From Squalus acanthias (taxonomy: Eukaryota), in the NCBI GenBank assembly GCA_030390025.1, contig CM059432.1, positions 152,088,001 through 152,152,000 of the forward strand: a stretch of 64,000 nucleotides of DNA. Reading direction: 5' to 3'. Positions 24,901-36,900 of the stretch are shown piece by piece (position 1 is the stretch's first letter; every line of letters begins with the position of its first letter). Both the position numbers and the translations under genes were made by a program. The notes under the pieces were generated by a model, which saw nothing but the letters and a program-made list of their open reading frames with translations, was not told the origin of the DNA and ran no database searches.

Positions 24901-27900
24901 TACATTTGGTAGAAAGAATGAAGAGAGGAAATATAAAAGAAAGGGTACAATCCTAAAGAGGGTGCATGAACAGAGAGACCTAGGGGTATATGTGCACAAT
25001 CGTTGAAGGTGGCAGGGCAGGTTGAGATAGCAGTTAAAAAAGCTTACAGGATCCTGGGCTTCATGACTAGAGGTATAGAGTACAAAAGCGTGGAAATTAT
25101 GATGAACCTGTATAAAACACTGGTCCGGCCTCAACTGGAGTATTGTGTCCAATTCTGGGCACTGCACTTTGGAAGGATGTGAAGGCCTTAGGGAGGGTGC
25201 AGAAAAGATTTACGAGAATGATGCCAGGTATGAGGGAGTTTTCAGTTACGTGGATACGAACATACATACGAATTAGGAGCAGGAGTAGGCCACTGGTCCC
25301 CTCGAGCCTGCTCCACCATTCAATAAGATCATGGCTGATCTGATTACTCCACATTCCCGCCTACCCCCGATAACCTTTTACCCCCTTGCTTATCACGAAT
25401 CTATCTACCTCTGCCTTAAAAATATTCAAAGGCTCTGCTTCCACTGCCCTCTGAGGAAGAGAGTTCCAAAGATTCATGACCCTCTGAGAAAAAATTTCTC
25501 CTCATCTCTGTCTTAAATGGGCGACCCCTTATTTTTAAACAGTGACCCCTAGTTCTAGATTCTCCCACAAGAGGAAACATCCTCTCCACATCCACCCTGT
25601 CAAGACCCCTCAGGATCTTACATGTTTCAATCAAGTCACCTCTTACTCTTCCAAACTCCAGCGGATACAAGCCTAGCCTGTCCAACCTTTCCTCATAAGA
25701 CAACCCGCCCATTCCCGGTATTAGTCCAGTAAACCTTCTCTGAACTGCTTCCAATGCATTTACATCCTTCCTTAAATAAGGAGACCAATACTGTACACAG
25801 TACTCCACTGGATAGACTGGAGAAGCTGGGGTTGTTCTCCTTAGAGCAGAGAAGATTAAGAGGAAATTTGATAGCGGTGTTCTAAAATCATGAGGGGTCT
25901 GGACAGAGTAGATCAAGAGAAACTGTTCCCATTGGCAGAAGGGTCGAGAACCAGAGGGCACAGATTTAAGGTGACTGGCAGAAGAACCAAAGGCGACGTG
26001 AGGAAAAACTTTTTTACTCAGCGAGTGGTTAGGATCTGGAATGCACTGCCTGAAAGGGTGGTGGAGGCAGACTCAATCATTGCTTTCAAAAGGGAGTTGG
26101 CTAAGTACCTGAAGGAAAAAAAATTGCAGGGCTATGGGGAAAAGGCGGGGAGTGGGACTAGCTGAAGTGCTCTTGCAGGGAACCGGCACGGGCTTGACGG
26201 GCCGGATGGCCTCCTTCTGTGCTGTAACCATTCTATGATTCTATTCTAGTATCTGTCCAATGAACAGACCCACAGAACTTAAAATGATTGGTAAATGTGT
26301 TTGACATTGGGTCATCTAGTTGAATAAATGTATACCTAGTAGGGCCAAGGTATACTTTCTGATCTGTGGTTTGTGGTTTATGTAAAATTGGGGTGGGTGA
26401 AAGAGAAGAAATCATGTTTCAGCTGTGCAGCACATGCAAGAATATCTACATTTAACGATGCGGCTATCTGTTGTGTAGAAGTCTTAATGGTAACACAGAA
26501 AAAGTAGTGTTCCTATGTTGGCTTAGAATAGTGATTCCTGGAGCCATTTAGCATGTCTGCTTAAATGAATTTCCTGTGTGTCTGCACAGATCCTAGATTA
26601 AAATGGGGCTGAATTCTGCAGCTGTTATCCAGTGGATCTGGAGACCCAAAATAATACGGAATGACTTTTCATTATTCAAAAGGCTTAGAGAAAACATACC
26701 AAATCGGAGCTGCATTTTTTAAATTTAATCTTGAGATGTGGGTGTCGCTGACAAGGCCAGCATTTATTGCCCATCCCGAATTACTCTCGAAGGTGGTGGT
26801 CAGCCGCCGCCTTGAACTGCTGCAGTCCGTGAGATGAAGGTACTCCCACAGTGCTGTTAGGGAGAGAGTTCCATGATTTTGACCCAGCAACTATGAAGGA
26901 ACAGTGATATATTTCCAAGTCAGGATGGTGTATGACTTGCAGTTGGTGTTCTCATGTGCCTGCTGCCCTTGTCTTTCTGAGTGGTAGAGGTCTTGGGTTT
27001 GGGAGGTGCTGTCAAAGAAGCCTTAGCGAGTTGCTGCAGTGCATCTTGTAGATGGCAAGAGCCTGCAAAGGGATATAGACACGTTAAGTCAGTGGGCAAT
27101 AAGGTTGCAGATGGAGCATAATGTGGGGAAATGTGAGGTTACTCACTTTGGTAGGAAGAATACAAAAACAGGATATTTTTTAAATGATAAACTATTAAAT
27201 GTTGGTGCTCAGAGAGAATTGGGTGTCCTCGTAAAGGAAACACAGAAAGTTAGCATGCAGGTACAGCAAGCAATTAGGAAGGCAAATTGCATGTTGGCCT
27301 TCATTGCAAGGGGTTTGGAGTACAAGAGCAAGGAAGTCGTGCTACAATTGTACAGGTGAGACCACACCTGGAGTACTGGGCACAGTTTTGGTCTCCTTAT
27401 CTGAGGAAGGATATACCTGCCTTCGAGGTGGTGCAACGAAGGTTCACTAGATTGATTCCTGGTATGAAAGGGCTATCCGACGAGCAATTGAGTAGAATGG
27501 GCCTGTACTCTCTGGAGCTTAGCAGAATGAGAGGTGATCTCATTGAAACATATAAGATTTTGAATGGGGATTGATGAGGTATATGCTGAGAGGTTGTTCC
27601 CCTGGCTGGCGAGTCTAGAAATAGATGACATAATCTCGGGATAAGGGATTGGCCATTTGAGACTGAGATGAGGAGAAATTTCTTCACTCAGTGGGTTGAT
27701 GCAAGAACACACTTGCACCACCCCACCTGCTTATGTCCCACATCTGACTCTCCCTTGCTGTGGTTTCCTAGCTTTTATTTGCAGCTCAGCTTGTCCTCCC
27801 AACTTATAAATTTTAAGTTAATTTAAATTTGACAAAATACTTTGCATTTGCATAGAACTTTTCAAAGATTTTAATGGTATGTAAAGTTTAAATTCACTTG

Positions 27901-30900
27901 GCAAGAACAGGAACAGCATTTGAGTTGGATTTTCAGAAGCTATTTGGCAAAGCTTCACTTGAGATCTTTTAAAGAGGGCCAAGGTTCAGAATTGCCAAGT
28001 CAAATTATCTGAATGAAAAACAGCTTGGAAATAGAAAGCAGAAGGTGAGATAGTAAATGGGAAAAGCGACTAGTGGATTTCCACAGGAACTTGAGTTATT
28101 GGTCTCTTACTGTTCTCATTATTCATAAGACTTGAAAGAGAGTGCTATTTATAGTATATTTTCAATGATACCAAACTGAGTCCAGGTGATTAAATAGATG
28201 TGCTAAGAAATGGAATACAGATTTTATTGTGAATAAGTGTAAGGTAATATCTGCTGGAAGAGGAAATGATGTGTATACTTTCATTACCTCAAGTCTTCTC
28301 CTGTGCCCTTCTAGCTGGCTTCCCCACATTAACCTTACACAAGCTTAACTCATCCGAAATACCACAGCCCATGTCCTCGTCCACATGCAATCACCCCATC
28401 CCCTCTAAGCTGTACTGGCTCGACCTTGCCGTGTTGATCTCAAAATTCTCATCCTTGTTTTTAAATATGTGTCCTTGCCCCACCATACCACAGTAGTGAT
28501 CTCCTGCACATACCCTCCACTGCTCCAACACCAAACTTTTCCTCACTTCCTGCTGCTCCCCTCCACCATCAGCATGGAGTACGGTTGTTCTGATACTAGG
28601 CTAGCAAACCAGAGGTAATGAGTTCAAATCCCACACTGGCATGTTGTGAAAATTCAATAAATCTTTTAATTTGTTGGTTAGTGCCAGAAATTGACTATGA
28701 AATCTGCCAGAATATTGTAGAAACCCAATTGGTTTACTAATGTTCTTCAGGGAAGGAAACCTGCCACCCCTGCCTGGTTTGGCCTACGTATGACTCAAGT
28801 CCCAAACTGCGCTGACTCTTAATGCATTCAAGTCAATTAGGGATGGCTTGCCAGTTTTGCTCACATCCCAAGAGCAAATATTTTAAAAATCTTTGCTCAG
28901 TTTCCTCTGCCTTGCCACCTCTCCCTGCTTTTAAACACTTTCTCAATGCCCTCCTCTTCAACTGTGCCTGGTGTTCCCCAGCCTAACCTCTCCATTCCCC
29001 TTCCCTTGCTGTCATATCCCTTTCCTTCGCACAAGAAGGCGCTCTGAAACAGCTTCCTTCATATGAGGAACATTAATTTAAAAACAAATGTTCATAAGGA
29101 AAGACAAAGACAGAATTTTAGTCTTGAGTACTGATCATGTGAACCTGCCATCAACAAAGGCAGTCAAAAACAAGGATCTTTCTGGCAGTGGGCTGAGTCA
29201 AAATAGGTTATAACCTTGTACAGACCCACTGTTGAGGCTATATTTGAAATATTGTGTGTAATTCTAGACACACTACCATCAAAAAGACAGGTTTTTAGGA
29301 GATGGTGCTTAAGGCTCCAAGTTATATGGAACCATGTGAAACTATGTTTACATTGAAGAAAAGATTGTTTTTTAAAATATGGAGAGAAATAGATGTAAGC
29401 AAGAAGAAAAGAAAGAAAGAGTTGCATTTTTATAGCGCCTTTTACGACCACCGGACGTCCCAAAGCACTTCACAGCCAATAAAGTACTTTTGAAGTGTAG
29501 TCACTGTTGTAATGTAGGAAATGTGACAGCCAATTTGCACACAGCAAGCTCCCACAAACAGCAATGTGATGTCAGGATGGTGTGTGACTTGGAGAGAAAC
29601 TTGCAGGTGGTGATGTTCCCAGGCGCCTGCTGCCCTTGTCCTTCTAGGTGGTAGAGGTCACGGGTTTGGGAGGTGCTGTCGAAGACGCCTTGGCGAGTTG
29701 CTGCAGTGCATCTTGTAGATGGTACACACTGCAGCCACGGTGCTCTGGTGGTGGAGGGAGTGAATGTTTAAGGTGGTGGATGGGGTGACAATCAAGTGCG
29801 CTGCTTTGTCCTGGATGCTGTCGAGCTTTTTGGGTGTTGCTGGAGCTGCACTCATCCAGGCAAGTGGAGAGTATTCCATCACACTCCTGACTTGTGCTTT
29901 GTAGATGGTGGAAAGGCTTTGGGAAGTCAGGAAGTGAGACACTCGCTGCAGAATACCCAACCTCTGACCTGCTCTTGTTGCCACATTATTTATGTGGCTG
30001 GTCCAGTTAAGTTTCTGGTCAATGGTGACCCCCCCAGGATGTTGATGTTGGGGGATTCGGCGATGGTAATTCCGTTAAATGTCAAGGGGCGGTGGTTAGA
30101 CGCTCTCTTATTGGCACTTCTGTGGCGCGAATGTTACTTGCCACTTAGCAGCCCAAGACTGAATGTCGTTCAGGTCTTGCTGCATGAGGGCATGGACTGC
30201 TTCATTATCTGAGGAGTTGCGAATGGAACTGAACACTCTGCAATCGTCAGCGAACAGCCACACTTCTGACCTTATAATGGAGGAAAGGTCATTGATGAAG
30301 CAGCTAAAGATGGTTGGGCCGAGAACACTGAACACTGCCCTGAGGAACTCCTACAGTGCTGCCCTGGGATTGAGATGATTGATCTTCCTTTGTGCTAGGT
30401 ATAACTCCACACAGTGGAGAGTTTCCCCCTGATTCTCATTGACTTCAATTTTACTTCATGCCACACTCGGTCAAATGCTACCTTGATGTCAAGGGCAGCC
30501 ACTCTCTCCTCACCTCTGGAATTCAGCTCTTTTGTCCATGTTTGGACCAAGGCTGTAATGAGGTCTGGAGCCGAGTGGTACTGGCGGAACCCAAACGTGA
30601 GCATCGGTGAGCAGGTTATTGGTGAGTAAGTGCTGCTTGATAGCACGGTTGACGACCTCTTCCATCACTTTGCTGATGATTTGAGAATAGACTGATGGGT
30701 GGTAATTGGCCGGATTGGATTTGTCCTGCTTTTTGTGGACAGGACATACCTGGGCAGTCTTCCACATTGTTGGGTAGATGCCATTGTTGTTGTTGCTGTA
30801 TTGGAACAGCTTGGTTAGAGGCGCAGCTAGTTCTGGAGCACAAGTCTTCAGCACGTCTGCCGGGATATTGTCAGGGCCCAATGCCTTTGCTGTATCCAGT

Positions 30901-33900
30901 GCGTTCAGCCGTTTCTTGATATCACATGGAGTGAATTGAATTTGCTGAAGACTGGCTTCTGTGATGGTGGGGACCTCAGGAGGAGGCCGAGATGGATCAT
31001 CTACTCGGCACTTCTGGCTGAAGATGGTTGCAAACGATTCAGCCGCGACCGAGATTTCCGAAGGTTGTGTTGCCTGCCAGGGTTAAAGACGACATCTCGC
31101 AGCTGGAGAAGAACTTGGAGGGGGAGGATAAAGTTGTCGTGGTCCACATAGGTACCAACGACCTAGGTAGAACTAGGAATGAGGTTCTGCTGAGGGAGTT
31201 TGAGGAGCAAGGATCCAAATTAAAAAGCAGAACCTTAAAAGTAATAATCTCTGGTTTGTTACCTGGGCCACGTGCAAATTGGCATAGGGACAAACAGATT
31301 AGAGGTTTAAATGTGTGGCTCAGAGTGGTGTGGGAGGAAGGGGTTTCAGTTCATGGGGCACTGGCACCAGTACTGGGGAAAGAGGGAGCTGTTCCGTTGG
31401 GGTTGGGACCAGTGTCCTGGCGAACCGAATATCTAGGGCAGTAGACAGGGCTTTAAACTAATGAAATGGTGGGCGGGAGGATTCAGGAAAGAGTAAATTT
31501 AAAAGCAGCAAGAGAAATGTCGAAGCTCTAGAGCAGAGTTTTGGGTAAAAATAAGCAGAGTGGGTCAGGAAGGGACAGAGAGAGTAACAAAGGTAATAAG
31601 GCATCCGTGACTAAGGTGACATCAGGGAAAAATAGAAATAACTCCAAGCTAAAGGCACTATATCTGAGTGTGCAAAGCATTCGCAACAAAATTAATAGCG
31701 CAAATAGAAATTAACAGGTTTGATCTAATAGCCATAACGGAGATGTGGTTGCAATGTGGGCAAGGTTGGGAACTAAATATTCAAGGATACTTAACTTTCA
31801 GAAGAGATAGGCAAAATGGAAATGGCAGAGAAATTAAACAAATGCTTTATGTCTGTCTTCACAGCTCTAGCAAGAATGAGGAACTGAAAGAAATTAGTAT
31901 TAGTAAAATAATCGTACTGGAAAAATTAATGGGACTGAAAGCCAATAAATTCCCAGGACCTGATGGCCTACATCCTAGGGTTTTGAAAGAGGTGGCTATA
32001 GAGATAGTGGATGCATTGGTTGTCATTTTCCAAAATTCCATAGATTCTGGAACTGTTCCTGCGGATTGGTAGCAAATGTAGAAACATAGAAACATAGAAA
32101 CATAGAATCTAGGAGCAGGAGTAGGCCATTCGGCCCGTCGAGCCTGCTCCACCATTCAATACGATCATGGCTGATCATCCAAATCCAGTACCCTGTCCCT
32201 GCTTTAATCCCCACAGTACACATATCCCACCCGACCCCCGTAACCCCACGTATTTAATTCCCCCTAACATATCCCATCCTATCCCCATAACCCCACATAT
32301 TTAATCCCCCCCTAACACTAAGGGTCAATTTATCATAGCCAAATCAACCTAACCCACACATTTTTGGACTGTGGGAGGAAACCGGAGCACCCGGAGGAAA
32401 CCCACGCAGACACGGGGAGAATGTGCAAACTCCACACAGACAGTCACCCCACTATTTGAGAAAGGAGGGAGAGAGAAAACGGGGAACTACAGACCAGTTA
32501 GCCTGACATCAGTAGTAGGGAAAATGCTAGAATCTATTATTAAGGACGTGGTAACAGGGCACTTAGAAAATAATAATAGGATTGGGCAGAGTCAACACGG
32601 ATTTATGAAAGCAAAATAGTGTTTGACCAAGCTGTTGGAGTTTTTTGAGGTTGTAACTAGCAGAATAGATAAGGGGGAACCAGTGGATGTGGTGTATTTG
32701 GATTTTCAGAAGGCATTCGATAAGGTGCCACACAAGAGGTTATTACACAAAATTAAGGCTCATAGATTGGGGGTAATATATTAGCATGGATTGAGGATTC
32801 GTTAACGGACAGAAAACAGAGAGTAGGAATAAACAGGTCATTTTTAGGTTGGCAGGCTGTAACTAGTGGGGTACCGCAAGGATCAGTGCTTGGGCCCCAG
32901 CGATTCACAATGTACATCAATGATTTGGATGAGGAGACCAAATGTAATATATCAAAGTTTGCTGATACAAAGCTGGGTGGGAATGTAAGTTGTGAGGAGG
33001 ATGCAAGGAGGTTTTAAGGGGATACAGACAGGCTAAGTGAGTGGGCTTGAACATGGCAAATGGAATATAAAGTGGAGAAATGTGAAGTTATCCACTTTGG
33101 TAGGAAAAATAGAGAAGCAGAGTTTTTTAAATGGAGAGAGATTGGGAAATCTTGGTGTTCAGAGGGACCTGGATGTCCTTGTACACGAATCACTGAAAGT
33201 TAACATGTAGGTACTGCAAGCAATTAGGAAAGCAAATGGTATGTTGGCCTTTATTACAAGAGGATTTGAGTATAAGAGTAAAGACGTCTTACTGCAATTA
33301 TATAGGGCCCTGGTGAGACCACACCTGGAGTATTGTGTACAGTTTTGCTCTCCTTTCCTAAGCCAGGATATACTTGCCATAGAGGGAGTGCAACGAAGGT
33401 TCACCAGACTGATTCCTGGGATGGGGGGATTGTCCTATGAGGAGAGATTGAGTAGACTAGGCCTATATTCTCTCGAGTTTAGAAGAATGAGAGGTGATCT
33501 CATTGAAACATACAAAATTCTTACAGGGCTTGACAGGGTAGATGCAGAGAGGATGTTTCCCCTGGCTGGGGAGTGTAGAACCAGGGGTCACAGACTCAGA
33601 ATAAGGGGTCGGCCATTTATGAATGAGATGAGAAGAAATTTCTTCACTCGGGTAGAGAATTCCAAAGATTCACCACCCTCTGAAGGCTGTGGAGGCTCAG
33701 TCGTTGAGTATATTCAAGATAGAGATATAGATTTTTGAATATTAAGGGAATCAAAGGATATGGGGATAGTGCAGGAAAGTGGAGATGCGGTAGATCATCA
33801 GCCATGATCTTACTGAATGGCGGAGCAGGCTCGAATGGCCAAATGACCTACTCCTGCTCCTATTTCTTATGTTCTTATGATTCAGTCCTGTCTTTTGCAC

Positions 33901-36900
33901 TCATGTGCTGGGCTCCGCCATCATTGAGGATGGGGATGTTCATCATGCCTCCTCCTCCCATTAGTTGTTTAATTGTCCACCACCATTCACGACTGGATGT
34001 GGCAGTACTGCACAGCTTTGATCTGATCCATTGGTTGTGGGATTGCTTAGCTCTGTCTAATAGGATGCTGCTTCCGCTGTTTAGCATGCATGTAGTCCTT
34101 ATGTTGCAGCCTTTCCCCATGTTAGCACCTCATTTTTAGGTATGCCTGGTGCTGCTCCTGGCATGCTCTTCTACACTCCTCATTAAACCAGGGTTGGTCC
34201 CCTGGCTTGATGGTAATGGTAGAGTGAGGGATATGCTGTGCCATGAGGTTACAAATTGTGGTGGAATACAATTCTGCTGCTGCTGATGGCCCACAGTGCC
34301 TCATGGATGCCCTGTTTTGACCTGCTAGATCTGTTCTGAAAAGCATGGTGGTAGTGTCACACATTACGATGGAGTGAAGACGGGACTTCGTCTCCACAAG
34401 GACTGTGCGGTGGTCACTGCTACCAATACAGTCATGGACAGATGCATCTTCGACAGATGGATTGGTGAGGACAAGGTCAAGTAGGTTTTTCTTTTTTGCT
34501 GGTTCTATCACCACCTGCTGCTGGCCCAGTCTGGCAGCTGTGTCCACCACGGCCAGCTCGGTTAGTAGTGGTGCTACCGAGCCCCTCTTCGTGATGGACA
34601 TTGAAGTCCCCCACCCAGAGTACATTCTGTGCCCTTGCTACCCTCAGTGCTTATCCAAGTGGTGTTCAACATGGAAGAGTACTGATTCATCAGCTGAGGG
34701 AGGGCAGTAGGTAGTAAGCAGCAGGAGGTTTCCTTGCCCATGTTTGACCTGATGCCTTGAGACCCCAGTGTTTGGTTTGCTTTTTTTTATGGCCTTATTC
34801 ACCTGCGTTGCTACTTTTAGTGATTTGTGTATCTGTACCTCTAGATCCCTTTGCTCCTCTAGTCCATTTAGACTCTTTTATAATCCAAGCAGTATGGGAC
34901 CTCCTTATTCTTCCTACCAAAATGCATCACCTCACACTTATCTATATTGAAATTTATTTGCCAATTAAACGCCCATTCTGCAAGTTCATTAATGACGTTT
35001 TGTATTTTGTCCCAATCTACCTTTTGTATGAACTATAACCCTCCCAATTTGGTGGTGTTCGCAAATTTTGAAATTGTACTCAAGATTCCTGAGTCCAAAT
35101 CGTTGATGTAGATTGTGAGTAACAGTGGTCTCAGCACCGATCCTGGTGGAACACCACTTGCCACCTTTTGCCAGTCTAAGTAGCTGCCCTTAACCCCAAC
35201 TCTGTTTTCTGTTTTGTAGCCAGCTTGCTATCCATTCTGCTACCTGTTGCATGACTGCACATGCTCTGACCTTAGTCATGAGTCTCACTATGTGATACCT
35301 TATCAGAGGCCTATTGAAAATTTATTTACTGCATTACCCTTATCTACTCTTTCTGTGGCTTCAAAGTATTCAATAAGGTTGGTCAAGTATGACCTACCCT
35401 TTTGATATCTGTTCTGACTGTTCTTTATTATATTTTCGGATTCTAGATGTTTTTCTCTTACATTTTTGCGTATCTTTCCTAAAACCGATGTTAAGCTAAC
35501 TGGTCTATAGTTCCCTGGTAAGACACTGGCTGGCTGACAATTTTTTTTATTCGCTTATGGGATCTGGCCATCGCTGGCAAGGCCAGCATTTATTGCCCAT
35601 CCCTGGTTGCCCATGAGAAGGTGGTGTTGAGCCACCTTCTTGAACCGCTGCAGTCCGTGTGGTGAAGGTACTCCCACAGTGCTGTTAGGTAGGGAGTTCC
35701 AGGATTTTGACCCAGCGACGATGAAGGATCGGCGATATACTTCTAAGTCAGGATGGTGTGTGACTTGGAGGGGAACTTGGAGGTGGTGGTGTTCCCATGT
35801 GCCTGCTGCCCTTGTCCTTCTAGGTGGAAGAGGTCGCGGGTTTGGGAGGTGCTGCCGAAGAAGCTTGGCAAGTTGCTGCAATGGATCTAGTAGATGGTGC
35901 ACAGTGCACCGGTGGTGGAGGGAGTGAATGTTTAAGGTGGTGGATGGGGTGCCAATCAAGCGGGCTGCTTTGTTCTGGATGGTGTCAAGCTTCTTGAGTG
36001 TTGTTGGAGCTGCACTCATCCAGGCAAGTGGAGAGTATTCCATCACACTCCTTATGTGTGCCTTGTAGATGGTGGAAAGGCTTTGGGGAGTCAGGAGGTG
36101 AGACACTTGCCGCAGAATACCTAGCCTCTGACCTGCTCTTGTTGCCACAGTATTTATGTGGGTGGTCCAGTTAAGTTTCTGGTTAATGGTGACCCCCAGG
36201 ATCATGTTAGTGGGGAATTCGGTGATGGTAATGCCATTAAATGTCAAGGGGAGGTGGTTAGACTCTCGCTTGTTGGAGATAGTCATTGCCTGGCACTTCT
36301 GTGGTGCGAATGTTACCTGCCACTTATCAGCCCAAGCCTGAACGTCGTCAGGTCTTGTTGCACGCGGGCATGGACGGCTTCATTATCTGAGGAGTTGTGA
36401 ATGGCGCTGAACACTGTGCAGTCATCAGCGAACATCCCCATTTCTGACCTTATGTTGGAGGGAAGGTCATTGATGAAGCAGCTGAAGATGGTTGGGCCTA
36501 GGACACTGCCCTGAGGAACTCCTGCAGCGATGTCCTGTGGCTGTGATGATTGACCTTCAACCACCACAACCATCTTCCTTTGTGCTAGGTATGACTCCAG
36601 CCAGTGGAGCGTTTTCCCCCTGATTTCCATTGACTTCCGTTTTACTAGGGCTCCTTGATGCCAGACTCGGTCAAATGCTGCCTTGATGCAGTCACTCTCA
36701 CCTCACCTCTGGAATTCAGCTCCTTTGTCCATGTTTGGACCAAGGCTGTAATGAGGTCGGGAGCCAAGTGGTCTTGGCGGAACCCAAACTGGGCCTCAGT
36801 GAGCAGGTTATTGGTGAGTAAGTGCCGCTTGATAGCACTGTCGAAGACACCTTCCATCACTGCTGATGATTGAGAGTAGACTGATGGGACGGTAATTGCC

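Larger units (their letters stand above)
29571..34755 (-). mobile_element. L2/CR1-group LINE, degenerate, split by the CR1 insertion at 31045..33878
   Basis: Minus-strand RT ([28 protein letters not shown]) at 29571..31044 continues into the endonuclease side ([12 protein letters not shown]) at 33879..34755. Confidence 0.88.
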
